Both the position numbers and the translations under genes were made by a program. Below, in pieces: positions 30,935 to 41,320 of a stretch of 64,000 nucleotides of DNA (positions are counted from its first letter, which is position 1; every line of letters begins with the position of its first letter). The stretch comes from a bacterium (GTDB taxonomy: Bacteria; SAR324; NAC60-12): NCBI GenBank assembly GCA_965209155.1, contig OZ242383.1:1504001-1568000 (forward strand), written 5' to 3'. Under the pieces are notes generated by a model. The model was not told the DNA's origin, did not search any database, and worked only from the letters and a program-made list of their open reading frames with translations.

Positions 30935-32344
30935 ATGTCCCTGGTTCATCGACCCGTAAAAAAAATTTACTTCATAGGTATTTGTGGAACGGCCATGGCA
31001 TCCCTGGCCGTCCTGCTCAAAAAACGGGGTTATCGAGTGAAGGGTTCCGATCAAAATATTTATCCCCCGATGAGCACTTTCCTGCAGCAGCATGACGTTC
31101 CCATTCTCGATGGGTTCCAGGAAGCCCATTTGCAAGATTCACAGGATTTGGTAGTCATCGGCAATACGCTGTCCCGGGGGAATCCGGAAGTGGAAAAAGT
31201 ACTCGAATCCGGGACGCTTTACGTTTCGATGCCAGAATTGCTGCGGGAATTTTTTATACGGGGTAAGACCTCCCTGGTAGTGACCGGCACACACGGAAAA
31301 ACGACCACTGCCTCGTTGTTGACCTGGATTTTTGAATGCGCAGGAAGAAATCCGGGATTTTTCATAGGAGGGATTCCCGAGAATTTCGGCACCAGTTGCC
31401 GGGAAGCCAAAGGGGAGTTTTTTATTACCGAAGGGGATGAATACGACACGGTTTTTTATGACAAACGCTCCAAATTTTTTCATTATCAACCCCATCAACT
31501 TCTGGTCAACAACATTGAATATGATCATGCGGATATATTCGCATCGTTAGAAGAAATTCTCCGGGCGTTCCGGCTTTTACTGAGACTGGTCCCCCGCAAC
31601 GGACTGGTTGTCGTCAATGGAGACGATGAGAATGCGATGGGAATAATGAACTCCCGGCACTCTCCCTGGATTTCTTTTGGTTTGGGTGAGAAGTGCCACG
31701 TCAAAGCAACCAATCTTCGAGCAACCTCCGGAGGCACAGCCTTTTCCCTGAAATGGCCTGGCCGTTGCGAAGGTGAACTTCATATTCCCTTATTTGGCGA
31801 ATTCAACGTGCGAAATGCCGTGGGTGCTTTGGTTCTGGCCCTGTACAATGGCATTGCATTGGAGGAGGTTCAAAAGGCTTTCAATCGATTCTCCAATGTC
31901 AGGCGTCGTCAGGAATTGCGAGGAATTCGCCGGGGAGTCTATGTCTACGATGATTTCGCGCACCATCCCACTGCCGTTCGAGAAACCCTGAAAGCGCTTC
32001 GCCAAAAGCACCCCCATCAACGTTTGATTGCGGTGTTTGAACCACGCAGCAATACCAGTGTGTTAAAAATCCATCAATCTCGCTTGATTGCTTCTTTCGA
32101 GCAGGCGGACGAAGTATTGCTGGCTTACCCTTACCGCATGGAGCAAATTCCGAACGGCGAACGACTGGATGTGGAAGCAATCGTTTCCTCCATTCGACAA
32201 AAGGGTAAAAAAGCGGCAGCTTTTCATAAACCCGCTCAAATCATTGAACACTTGAGGCAGCATACGCAAGATGGCGATGTCGTATTGGTGATGAGCAACG
32301 GAAAATTTGGCAATATTCACCAGTCGTTACTGGAAACCCTGTGA
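30935..32344 (+). CDS. mpl: Murein peptide ligase
   Basis: GICGTAM, GTHGKTTT, EGDEYDT, DDFAHHPT and FEPRSNT motifs. Confidence 0.9.
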   Translation: MSLVHRPVKKIYFIGICGTAMASLAVLLKKRGYRVKGSDQNIYPPMSTFLQQHDVPILDGFQEAHLQDSQDLVVIGNTLSRGNPEVEKVLESGTLYVSMPELLREFFIRGKTSLVVTGTHGKTTTASLLTWIFECAGRNPGFFIGGIPENFGTSCREAKGEFFITEGDEYDTVFYDKRSKFFHYQPHQLLVNNIEYDHADIFASLEEILRAFRLLLRLVPRNGLVVVNGDDENAMGIMNSRHSPWISFGLGEKCHVKATNLRATSGGTAFSLKWPGRCEGELHIPLFGEFNVRNAVGALVLALYNGIALEEVQKAFNRFSNVRRRQELRGIRRGVYVYDDFAHHPTAVRETLKALRQKHPHQRLIAVFEPRSNTSVLKIHQSRLIASFEQADEVLLAYPYRMEQIPNGERLDVEAIVSSIRQKGKKAAAFHKPAQIIEHLRQHTQDGDVVLVMSNGKFGNIHQSLLETL

Positions 32345-33735
32345 CTGCTCCAACCTTCTTCGACCTGGAAGACTCGATGTCCAAAGAAAAAAATTCCGCA
32401 CTTGCCGCACCGGGATGCGAGAAACAAGAATTTTATTCGTTTGAAGAGTTAAAAGCTCTGGAAAGGCAAGGCGTGTCCCTCCCCTCGCCTCAGCAGGTTC
32501 ATATAGGCCGTGAAGTGCCATTGCGGCATTTTGGCAAAGGATCGATTCTTTATCCCTTTTGCCGGATCACAGGTAGTCGTACGAGTATCCATCCCAATGC
32601 CCGGATCGGCCCTCGAGGGTCCGTGGTGCTGGAAAACAGCATTGTGGGCAGGGAGTCGGTGATAGGCAGCCAGGGTCCAGTTTGTTTGATTGATAGCCAA
32701 ACGGGTCCCCTGACCGTTTTGGGAAGCGGAACAGCCGAACAGTCTGTTTTTTTGGGGAAAGAAACGAAGATCAATGATTTCACTACCGGTGTCGGATTTC
32801 GAGCGCGTAAAGGGACGCTTTATGAAGAAGACGCATCCTCTGCGCAGCACACTGATACTAAAATGAGCGTCTTGTTTCCTTGGGTCACCTTGGGGAGCAA
32901 TGTCAACCTTTGTGACTTGATGATGACTGGAGGAGTGGGGCCGGAAATTGGCAATTTTACGGAAGTTGGCAGCGGAACGGTTCATTTCAACTTTACCATC
33001 CGAGGAGATAAGGCGACGGCCTCTTTATTTGGAAATGTGCCGGCTGGCGTATTTTTGCAGGAAAAACGATTGTTCATTGGTGGAAACAACAGTCTGATCG
33101 GTCCCATACAGGCGGAGTTTGGCGCCTTGACTGCAGCCGGAGCGCGTATTGCGGGAAATTTAAAAAATGGTTTAAATACGGGACAAGCGCTGACTGCGGG
33201 ACACTGGGAATACGATCCCCGAATTTTCACCAGGAGCAAGGAAATCGTAGAACAACAAGTGCATTATGTCGCGCAATTGGTCGCCTTGTGCCATTGGTAT
33301 GAAGCGGTGCGTTTTCCTCTTGCCCAATCGGATCCCGAACGATTGACTCTCTTTCAGGCCGCCCGGCAAATCCTCGTTTTGAATATTCACGAGCGTATTT
33401 TCCAAATTGGATCATTCATCGAAGCCTTGGACACGTCCATTCGCCTTCTCCAGCAACAACCCCTTCCACCACGTGAAACCATCCAAGAACAAAAAATCCT
33501 GCTGGAGCACTGGCCTCGCTTGAAACAACATTTACAAGGATTTGAAAACCATTTCCGGGAAATTCCTTCCCTCCTTGCCGCTGCTCTGCAGGAGAGCGCT
33601 TCCCGTCTTGGTCCTCACTATACCCGGGTTATCCGGAACCTGCCCCGCAATTGCCGGGACTTGGGAAAATCCTGGCTTGAATCCATCGTTCACCGTGTAA
33701 CTATTCAGGTATCTTCCGAGAACCAATCGATTTAA
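32341..33735 (+). CDS. GlmU-like left-handed beta-helix protein; last codons supplied by an inserted element
   Basis: Hexapeptide-like repeats, PWVTLGS, EVGSG..HFNFT..GDKAT; no nucleotidyltransferase N-terminal motif seen. Confidence 0.6.
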   Translation: MTAPTFFDLEDSMSKEKNSALAAPGCEKQEFYSFEELKALERQGVSLPSPQQVHIGREVPLRHFGKGSILYPFCRITGSRTSIHPNARIGPRGSVVLENSIVGRESVIGSQGPVCLIDSQTGPLTVLGSGTAEQSVFLGKETKINDFTTGVGFRARKGTLYEEDASSAQHTDTKMSVLFPWVTLGSNVNLCDLMMTGGVGPEIGNFTEVGSGTVHFNFTIRGDKATASLFGNVPAGVFLQEKRLFIGGNNSLIGPIQAEFGALTAAGARIAGNLKNGLNTGQALTAGHWEYDPRIFTRSKEIVEQQVHYVAQLVALCHWYEAVRFPLAQSDPERLTLFQAARQILVLNIHERIFQIGSFIEALDTSIRLLQQQPLPPRETIQEQKILLEHWPRLKQHLQGFENHFREIPSLLAAALQESASRLGPHYTRVIRNLPRNCRDLGKSWLESIVHRVTIQVSSENQSI

Positions 33736-35106
33736 ACACAGGTTTTGCGTGGCATAGAGTCCGGAAAGGACTTTATGCTCTCGAATGTTCATAAATATAT
33801 TGATTCCCTTTCATCGATTCCCCACCTCGAGGCTCTTCAAGAAGCCAGTCGACTCTTTGAAAAAGAACGAGAGCCATGGAAGCAAGAGCGCTTAGCACTC
33901 AGAAATCCGGGGACAGTTACGAAAATTATTCACGAAAACCAGACCCGATATTAGCGGGGATCGAAATCTTTCTCTTGGAGGAGAGCACGCAGCCGTTCGA
34001 CTTCCGCAAGCGCTTTTTCTTTTTGTTGTCGCTCTTGTTCTTTTTGCAGACGCTCTTGTTCTTCTCTTTGCAAGGCTTCTTCTTTTTGTTGTCGCTCTTG
34101 TTGAAAGCTTTTCAGGAGAAAGGGTTGGTAGAGAGGATCCTCGATTAATGTTTCAAAGGCCACCTGTTTTTCTAAATCCTCCAGACGAAAGGCGAAACGA
34201 TCCAAAACCCGGGAATGAATCACCCCGGGCTCTTGGTGCTTCATCCTCTCATAAACCCCTTGCTCATTGAGGAAATAGAAGGCGGTGTGCTTGCGCAAAC
34301 GGTCTAAAATATAATATTCCGCCACCCCTGCTTTGGCGTATTCTTCTTTTTTGTGGACCGTATCCCGTTCCACCTCCGCGGGAGTCGAGTCGGATAAAAA
34401 CTCGATACAGAGATCACAAACTCCCCTAAAAGAACGGTCCAGGGGTTGGGCCTCGACAAGATTGGAATGGAGAATCACGGCCAGATCCGGTTTGCGAATA
34501 CTCACCTTTTTCTTTCCCAACTCCAAACGAAAGCCCATTTCCAAGATCATGATCCGTCCGATGGGAAAGACAGTCAAATATTCTTCTAATAAGCGATAAA
34601 ACCATTGGTAGAGGGAGATGCTTAGAAAATCGGGCATGGGCTTTTCCTCCAAGAGTCCATTGTTCCATTCATATGAATGATCCGGGTATTCATAATACGT
34701 CTTCCAATACTCAGCCTCACTCACCCTGAGCGGCTCCTTGGCAGAAGGAGGCACCCGTCTTGGAGAAGAGTGATTTTTGACGGATTCTAAAGTAGTCATG
34801 ATGCCCTCGATGGGAAGGAGAGGTGAAATTTGTAGTCTTTTCAAAAACATAACACATTGTGTGGAGGACAGCAATTTCTATGTTGATCGACTTGTAAGTA
34901 TTCAGGTATCTTCAGAGAAGCCATCGATTCCCCACCTCGAGGCTCTTCAAGAAGCCAGTCCACTCTTTGAAAAAGGACGAGAGCCATGGAAGCAAGAGCG
35001 CTTAGCACTCTGAATCGTGGAAGGACTTGAAAACGATCGATTCTCTCCAGGAATCTTTTTTAATGATATTTAACTGAACGGGTTTTTCAGAGACCTGAAT
35101 AGTTAC
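33697..35106. mobile_element. Non-autonomous 1410-bp transposable element carrying a Uma2 nuclease gene
   Basis: Perfect terminal inverted repeat GTAACTATTCAG/CTGAATAGTTAC; 8-bp duplication TTCACCGT at 33689-33696 and 35107-35114; internal ~88-bp direct repeat at 33813-33900 and 34923-35010. Confidence 0.85.
33951..34799 (-). CDS. Uma2 (DUF820) PD-(D/E)xK endonuclease with a coiled-coil tail
   Basis: YEWNNG, RKPDLAV, IEFLS, K..EYAKAGVAEYYILD; tail with QERQQKE repeats. Confidence 0.85.
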   Translation of the reverse strand: MTTLESVKNHSSPRRVPPSAKEPLRVSEAEYWKTYYEYPDHSYEWNNGLLEEKPMPDFLSISLYQWFYRLLEEYLTVFPIGRIMILEMGFRLELGKKKVSIRKPDLAVILHSNLVEAQPLDRSFRGVCDLCIEFLSDSTPAEVERDTVHKKEEYAKAGVAEYYILDRLRKHTAFYFLNEQGVYERMKHQEPGVIHSRVLDRFAFRLEDLEKQVAFETLIEDPLYQPFLLKSFQQERQQKEEALQREEQERLQKEQERQQKEKALAEVERLRALLQEKDFDPR

Positions 35107-35152
35107 TTCACCGTTTTGAATATTTCTTTAGTGAACGCATTTGAAAGAAATT

Positions 35153-37888
35153 TCAAGAGTTGAGACGTTTGACTAAATCATGGAGATAAGTCAGCGACTG
35201 CAGTGGAGTCATCTCGTCGAGATCGAGCCTTCTCAACTCCTGGAGAAAGGGCGATTCGTCAGCAAAGAGGCTCAATTGTTCGAAGATCGGGGCATTGTAG
35301 ACCACGCTGGATTCTTTGACCTGTCGTTCCGGTGAGGATGAGTCGGGGGGTGAAACGGATTTGGGGGTTGCCGGGGGTGATTGCTCGATGAGTTGAGGGA
35401 GATGAGATTCGAGGGAAACCGATTCGAGATTTTCCATCACGATGACTGCCCGGTCAATAACGGAGGCAGGCAAGCCGGCCAATTTGGCCACCTGTACCCC
35501 ATAGCTCTTATCCGCTTCTCCTGGAACGACCTTGCGCATGAAAATGATCTGGTCGGCTTCTTCTTTGATCAGGATATTGAAATTCTTCACTTTTTTCAAT
35601 TGTTTCGCCATTGCGGTCATTTCGTGATAATGGGTGGCGCAAAGGGTCAGCGCTCCTTGATCGTGCAGGAATTCCACTATGGACCAGGCCAGGCTGATAC
35701 CATCGAAAGTGCTGGTGCCTCGACCAATTTCATCGAGAATGATCAAACTGCGATCCGTCGCATTGTTTAAGATTGCTGCCGCTTCATTCATCTCGACCAT
35801 GAAAGTGCTTTCACCCTGACTGAGTTTGTCTGTGGCGCCAACACGGGTGAAAACGCGGTCCACAATGGAAATTGAGGCGGAACCTGCCGGAATGTAACTG
35901 CCGCATTGGGCCATCAATACATTGAGGGCGACTTGCCGCATCAGTGTGGATTTTCCCGCCATGTTGGGACCCGTGATGAGCATGATTTGCTGGTCGTTTT
36001 CATTCAATTCCACGTCGTTGGGCACGAAAGGTTCTTCAAAATCAATTTGTTCGATCACCGGATGACGACTCGCTTGCAGGGACAACTGACGTGCTGCATG
36101 CAACGAATGGAGCGATGGCCGAACGTAGTTGTTGTTCTCCGCCACGTAGGACAAACTGGCCAGGACATCAACGCTTGCAATGTCGAAAGATGTTTTCTGG
36201 ATGCGGGCGATACGAGTCACCACCAGTTGCTTCAGTTGTTGAAACAATTCGTATTCCAGTTGACAAATTCTTTCGTCTGCTCCCAGGATTTCTTCTTCCA
36301 GTTCTTTCAATTCAGGAGTAACGTAGCGCTCCGCATTCACCAGGGTCTGTTTACGGATATAATGTTCCGGAACGTTTTTGCGATGGGCGTTGCTCACTTC
36401 CAGGAAATATCCGAAGACCTTGTTGAATCCGATTTTCAGGGAGGGGAGGCCTGTTTGTTCACGTTCTTTTTGCAACAATGCATTGAGGAATTGTTTGCTG
36501 TTACGGGAGAGGGTGCGCAGTTGATCCAACTCTTCAGAGAGACCGTCCGCCATGAAATTTCCTTCTCTCAGCTTGACGGCAGGTTCTTCTAACAATTGCG
36601 TCTGAAGCAGTTGCAACACGTCTTGCAAGGGATCGAAGTCTTGCTGAATTTCTTGAAGTAAGGGGGATTGAAGGTGTTTGAGGAATTCAGGCATATCCGT
36701 GACGGGAAGCAGGGATTCCCTCAATCCCACCAAATCATTGATACCCGCAACAGGTAAGCTGATCCGTCCCGCAATTCGCGGCAGGTCCTGGATCCGCTTC
36801 AACTGGACACGGAGTTCAACGCAGAGAATGAATTGGTTGTGCAATTCTTCAATGGCGTCAAAACGCCTGTTGATGTGATCCTTGTCCAGCAAGGGTTGGC
36901 GCAGCCATTGTCTCAGCATGCGAGCTCCCATGGCGGTACAAGTCTGGTTGAGCACTCCAAAAAGAGTGTGCTGGTCATTCCCGCTATGACTTTCGAATAT
37001 TTCCAGGTTGGAGAGGGTGGTTTCATCGAGCAACATGAAATTTTCAAAAGAATGCTGCTTGATGTGGTTTATGTGGCGCAGGTCGCTTTTTTGAGTTTCC
37101 GTGAGATAGCGCAAAAGCGCCCCTGCGGCTGCAATGCCAAATTTCAAATACGCGATCCCGAAGCCCGACAAGTTGAGCGTTTTAAAATGAGATTTGAGTA
37201 GTTTTTCTGCAGCATCCTGATCAAAATAATAAGGATCCAGGAAACTCATAGCAGGTGGAGGTTGAGATGCTTTTTGAAGCAATCGTTCCATTTGCCGCGA
37301 GAATTCTTCTAAAAATTCGCTTTCTGCCAGGGAACGGCTTTGAGAAAATAAGATTTCCTGGGGTGCCACTTGAAAGAGAAAATCGTATACGCGGGTCATT
37401 TCGCCGAGGGAGAATTCCAGCACTTCAAATTCTCCAGTAGAAACATCCACCAAGGCCAATCCCAATTGTTTACGGCGTAACTTGATATTGATGGCTATCA
37501 AGTAGTGATTGCGATCCGGATGGATCAACTGGGGAGAAACCGTCGTACCCGGTGTGACAATACGCACGATATCCCGTTTGACAATTCCTTTCGCCTGAGT
37601 CGGATCTTCCATTTGTTCGCAGATGGCGACCTTGAACCCCGCAGAGGTCAATTTATTCAAATACTGTTCATAGGCATGAAAAGGAACCCCGCACATGGGT
37701 ATGGCTTTTTCCCTGTTTTTATCGCGAGAAGTCAATGCGATCTGGAGAACTTTGGCAGCTCGTACCGCGTCTTCACCAAACATTTCATAAAAGTCGCCCA
37801 TACGGAAAAATAAAATTTTATCGGGATGTTCATTTTTCAGCGTATAGAATTGCCGCATCATCGGCGTTTCCGCTTCAGGAACTTTCAT
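35153..37888 (-). CDS. mutS: DNA mismatch repair protein MutS
   Basis: TPMMRQ, FRMGDFYE, TGPNMAGKST, STFMVEM, DEIGRGTS and ATHYHE motifs. Confidence 0.97.
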   Translation of the reverse strand: MKVPEAETPMMRQFYTLKNEHPDKILFFRMGDFYEMFGEDAVRAAKVLQIALTSRDKNREKAIPMCGVPFHAYEQYLNKLTSAGFKVAICEQMEDPTQAKGIVKRDIVRIVTPGTTVSPQLIHPDRNHYLIAINIKLRRKQLGLALVDVSTGEFEVLEFSLGEMTRVYDFLFQVAPQEILFSQSRSLAESEFLEEFSRQMERLLQKASQPPPAMSFLDPYYFDQDAAEKLLKSHFKTLNLSGFGIAYLKFGIAAAGALLRYLTETQKSDLRHINHIKQHSFENFMLLDETTLSNLEIFESHSGNDQHTLFGVLNQTCTAMGARMLRQWLRQPLLDKDHINRRFDAIEELHNQFILCVELRVQLKRIQDLPRIAGRISLPVAGINDLVGLRESLLPVTDMPEFLKHLQSPLLQEIQQDFDPLQDVLQLLQTQLLEEPAVKLREGNFMADGLSEELDQLRTLSRNSKQFLNALLQKEREQTGLPSLKIGFNKVFGYFLEVSNAHRKNVPEHYIRKQTLVNAERYVTPELKELEEEILGADERICQLEYELFQQLKQLVVTRIARIQKTSFDIASVDVLASLSYVAENNNYVRPSLHSLHAARQLSLQASRHPVIEQIDFEEPFVPNDVELNENDQQIMLITGPNMAGKSTLMRQVALNVLMAQCGSYIPAGSASISIVDRVFTRVGATDKLSQGESTFMVEMNEAAAILNNATDRSLIILDEIGRGTSTFDGISLAWSIVEFLHDQGALTLCATHYHEMTAMAKQLKKVKNFNILIKEEADQIIFMRKVVPGEADKSYGVQVAKLAGLPASVIDRAVIVMENLESVSLESHLPQLIEQSPPATPKSVSPPDSSSPERQVKESSVVYNAPIFEQLSLFADESPFLQELRRLDLDEMTPLQSLTYLHDLVKRLNS

Positions 37889-38094
37889 TGTTACTCAATC
37901 CCTTCGTCTGTGGAGAATCTAACCTGATTGCTCGGCTTTGATCGACCGGCATCATTATTCTTTTGTTTATAGAAGCGCTCGTTGTTTGTCAAATTGGATT
38001 GTGTTGATTAAACCTGTTGTTTTGTATATGTTCGATTTCTGAACGCCAATGACATTTTGGTCCATTCCCCTCAACTTTAAAGTAATTTCAGGAA

Positions 38095-38643
38095 ATGTTC
38101 ATGCTATCGATCAAAGCGCTGCATATCATTGCTGTCGTGGTTTGGTTCAGTGGCCTGTTTTATATCGGACGTTTGTTTGTTTACCACCAGGAAGCCAATC
38201 AACGTGCAGAGGCCGAACAGCAGGTATTGAAACCCCAATTTGCCTTGATGGAAAAGCGGCTCTGGTATGCCATTACATGGCCTGGAATGATCGCTACCGT
38301 CATTACAGGCATACTTCTTTTGTATTATATCGGAATACCCGGGTGGATTCATGCCAAACTGTTCCTGGTTGCCGTCTTGTTGGCATATCATGGGGGATGT
38401 GGTCGATTGAGACGACAATTATTGAGTGAACGGTGTTCCTGGAGCAGCCGGCAGTTGAGGATGTTCAATGAAATCCCTTCATTGCTCCTGGTGACGATCG
38501 TCTTTGTCGTGGTTTTGAAGGACCAACTGTCATGGCCGGTTTTATTGTTGGGAATTACTGGTTTGGCAGTGGTCATCATGGGAGGAGTGCAATTGTTTGC
38601 CAGGAAGAGAAAACGCCAGGCTGGTACCACGAATCGTCGTTGA
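38095..38643 (+). CDS. hemJ: Protoporphyrinogen oxidase HemJ
   Basis: KALHIIAVVVWFSGLFY..RLFVYH, MEKRL, HAKL and RMFNEIP motifs. Confidence 0.9.
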   Translation: MFMLSIKALHIIAVVVWFSGLFYIGRLFVYHQEANQRAEAEQQVLKPQFALMEKRLWYAITWPGMIATVITGILLLYYIGIPGWIHAKLFLVAVLLAYHGGCGRLRRQLLSERCSWSSRQLRMFNEIPSLLLVTIVFVVVLKDQLSWPVLLLGITGLAVVIMGGVQLFARKRKRQAGTTNRR

Positions 38644-38737
38644 AAACTCCCGTCGAATCGCTGAATTTCACCGTGCTTTCGCGAGGATGGCACAGACCAC
38701 CCGGATACTCATCTTATTGAAGGTTTATGTCGAAAAT

Positions 38738-39016
38738 GTGAATCAGGAGTTGAATTTTAATTTATAAAATCAATAATTTAATAATTATGATGAGTCATGT
38801 CGGGACCGGGATGATCCGTCATCCAAAATATCGCCCGTATCCCCCTGGATTCCTGGTCAAGCCAGGAATGACACGATTTTAAATCCTGATTCAGGTTAAT
38901 ATAATAATTATGATGAGTCATATCGGGACCGGGATGATCCGTCATCCAAAATATCGCCCGTATCCCCCTGGATTCCTGGTCAAGCCAGGAATGACACGAT
39001 ATAAATCCTGATTCAC
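38738..39016. repeat. REP/MITE-like element with an internal tandem duplication
   Basis: GTGAATCAGGA...TCCTGATTCAC ends enclosing two copies of the ATCGCCCGTATCCCCCTGGATTCCTGGTCAAGCCAGGAATGACAC core. Confidence 0.8.
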
Positions 39017-39182
39017 GTGTCGAACTGAGGTGGATTCATCGATTTTTTGCAAATCCCGTATTTATTTTTTATCAGGGGCTTGACATAGAGAATTAGTAGC
39101 GCTAAAAAAGCCTTCACTGAGTTGTTTCAGTGTAAAGAGAGAGAAGGTTCCCGGTCGATTGGGCAAAATCGTGGGAAGACGT

Positions 39183-39258
39183 GAAAACGATCGATCCCCT
39201 CCTGGAATCTTTTTTCGATATTTAACTAAACGAGTTCTCAACAGACCTGAATAGTTAC
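39183..39258. repeat. Lone right end of the GTAACTATTCAG element family
   Basis: Matches ~35030-35106, ending AGACCTGAATAGTTAC. Confidence 0.7.
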
Positions 39259-39312
39259 ATTGACTGTCAGATGAATTTATAAAAAATTACGCAAATCAAG
39301 AATTGAATAAGT

Positions 39313-39420
39313 ATGTCATTCCTGGCTTGACCAGGAATCCATCGGCACGTTCAAGCGTGAAATCAGAGCGATGCCTTGATACCGGATCATCCCGGAGTTG
39401 CTCCGGGACCAGTATGACAC
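39313..39420. repeat. Inverted variant of the REP-like palindrome
   Basis: TGTCATTCCTGGCTTGACCAGGAATCCA...GGATCATCCCGG is the reverse complement of the 27.6/38.8 kb core. Confidence 0.7.
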
Positions 39421-39513
39421 ATCCTTTTATATAATAATCTGACTCTCAATTACTTATCGGGTTTTTCAGAGACCTGGACAATGACTCTCAATCATTCTCA
39501 AAATGGAGCATAA

Positions 39514-41274
39514 ATGAAAAATATCAGTAAAAAGATGATGACCTTATGGGTCGTGTTGTTGGTAGCAGGCGTGGTGTCTGCTGCAGAAATGGTGACGTTG
39601 AAGCTGAAGAAGCTCGATGGCATGGAGGTCACCAAAGAAGTGGAAAAACCGCAATATGGCGGTTCCATTACCGATCTCATGAGAGCGGGAGAACCCTCCT
39701 TTGACCCGCTGCTTTTCGTGGCGATGGCCCATACCGTCCCACCGATGTATGACGGGCAATTCGATACGAACTGGTATCGAGGGCCTGCCGGCACTGGCGA
39801 GTTCCCCTATAACACGACAGTGACGCCCCCCGCGTCCCTCAAAGGCGGGGTCATCGAGACTTGGGAGCAGCCCACGCTCACGAAGATGATCTTTCATATC
39901 AGGAAGGGCATTCACTACTGGAATAAGAGTGACGTGCTGCACCCCTATGATCAAGTGGAATCGGCCTATGGCCGGGAGTTGGATGCGTTTGATGTCGAAC
40001 ATAGCTGCAATAATATGTTTGTCAATGACAGGTCTCTCCTGAATGGATATGGTGGGGCTAAATGCAAGGCTACGGACAAATGGACGGTGGAATACACATG
40101 GAATGACCCGGATGGTCTCGGGAAAATGATCCGGTTTTATACCTTTCAACACGGAGTCTACCCGAAGGAAACCAAGGGTATCAACCTGGGTGACTGGCAG
40201 AATGCCCTCGGATCCGGCCCCTTCATCCCGACAGGCTTTACCCCGGGCAGTATCGCCACCTACAAAAAGAACCCGAGCTACTGGGACCATGACCCCCTTC
40301 ATCCCGAAAACAAGTTGCCCTATCTCGACGGCATGAAGATGATCGTGTTTTCAGATTGGCCGACGCACATTGCCGCCCTGCGCTCAGGCAAGATTGATAA
40401 AATTGCCCCCTGGTACGGAGTTCCGCCGAATTATGTGGCAGAGCTCTCAGAGAGCAACCCCGAGTTGATGCACGTCCCATCCACGGGAGATCAAAGGCCG
40501 ATCGATGTGCGGCTCGATGTCAAGCCATGGGACGATATCCGGATACGAAAAGCCGCCATGCTTGCCCTGGATCACCAGGGGATCATCGACGAATTCTTCC
40601 AAGGCAGCGGGGAGTTGCTTACCAGCTACAGCTTCAAGGCGAGCGCCCCCTTTCACCATTCCCTGGAGGAACTCCCCCCGGATCTGCAGGAAAATTACGG
40701 GTATGACCCGGAAAGAGCCAAAAAGCTGCTGGCCGAAGCCGGCTTTCCTGATGGCTTTGACACCTCCATCACCTGCAAGGCCGACCAGTGTGAGTTGATT
40801 GAATTGTATGCAGCCTACCTTTCCGTTGTCGGGATTCGGGCCGAAGTGAAACCCATGGAAGCCGCTGAGCATAACTCCATGTGGAATCAATATAAGTGGC
40901 CCGAGTTGGCCAGTCAGGACACAGGAAACCTGGGAATCTCAGAGTGGATGGCTTTCTCCGGAGAGATCCACCCGGGCCAGGGTCACGTGAGGCCCATCGA
41001 AGACCCGGAATGGAAAAAAATGTGGCAGAGCTATTCCACCGATACGGACCGTGACAGCCAGCTGGAAAAATGGAAAGAGTTGAATATCTACACGCTCCGC
41101 AAACTGTGGAATATCCAGACGGTAGCCGCCGTTCCACACAACTACTGGCAGCCGTGGCTGAGGAACTACAGTGGGGAACAGGGCGTCTTTGAGACCTTCT
41201 GGTACATCAACAAGTTCATCTGGATCGACTGTGACATGAAGCAGGAAAGAAGCGGCCGGGACTGCAACGATTAG
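39514..41274 (+). CDS. ABC transporter substrate-binding protein, family 5 (unit 1)
   Basis: Signal peptide, PQYGG, GSGPF, NPSYW, LPYLD, DIRIRKA and YDPERAKKLLAEAG. Confidence 0.88.
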   Translation: MKNISKKMMTLWVVLLVAGVVSAAEMVTLKLKKLDGMEVTKEVEKPQYGGSITDLMRAGEPSFDPLLFVAMAHTVPPMYDGQFDTNWYRGPAGTGEFPYNTTVTPPASLKGGVIETWEQPTLTKMIFHIRKGIHYWNKSDVLHPYDQVESAYGRELDAFDVEHSCNNMFVNDRSLLNGYGGAKCKATDKWTVEYTWNDPDGLGKMIRFYTFQHGVYPKETKGINLGDWQNALGSGPFIPTGFTPGSIATYKKNPSYWDHDPLHPENKLPYLDGMKMIVFSDWPTHIAALRSGKIDKIAPWYGVPPNYVAELSESNPELMHVPSTGDQRPIDVRLDVKPWDDIRIRKAAMLALDHQGIIDEFFQGSGELLTSYSFKASAPFHHSLEELPPDLQENYGYDPERAKKLLAEAGFPDGFDTSITCKADQCELIELYAAYLSVVGIRAEVKPMEAAEHNSMWNQYKWPELASQDTGNLGISEWMAFSGEIHPGQGHVRPIEDPEWKKMWQSYSTDTDRDSQLEKWKELNIYTLRKLWNIQTVAAVPHNYWQPWLRNYSGEQGVFETFWYINKFIWIDCDMKQERSGRDCND

Positions 41275-41320
41275 GACAGGCCCAATCCATTGTTCGTCAC
41301 TTTCAGCAGAGAAAAATCGG

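Noticed and set aside
39080..39108. TTGACA promoter with a LacI-like AGCGCT operator upstream of SBP unit 1
   Set aside because: The -10 box is weak, the palindrome is short and no regulator gene is nearby; not supportable.
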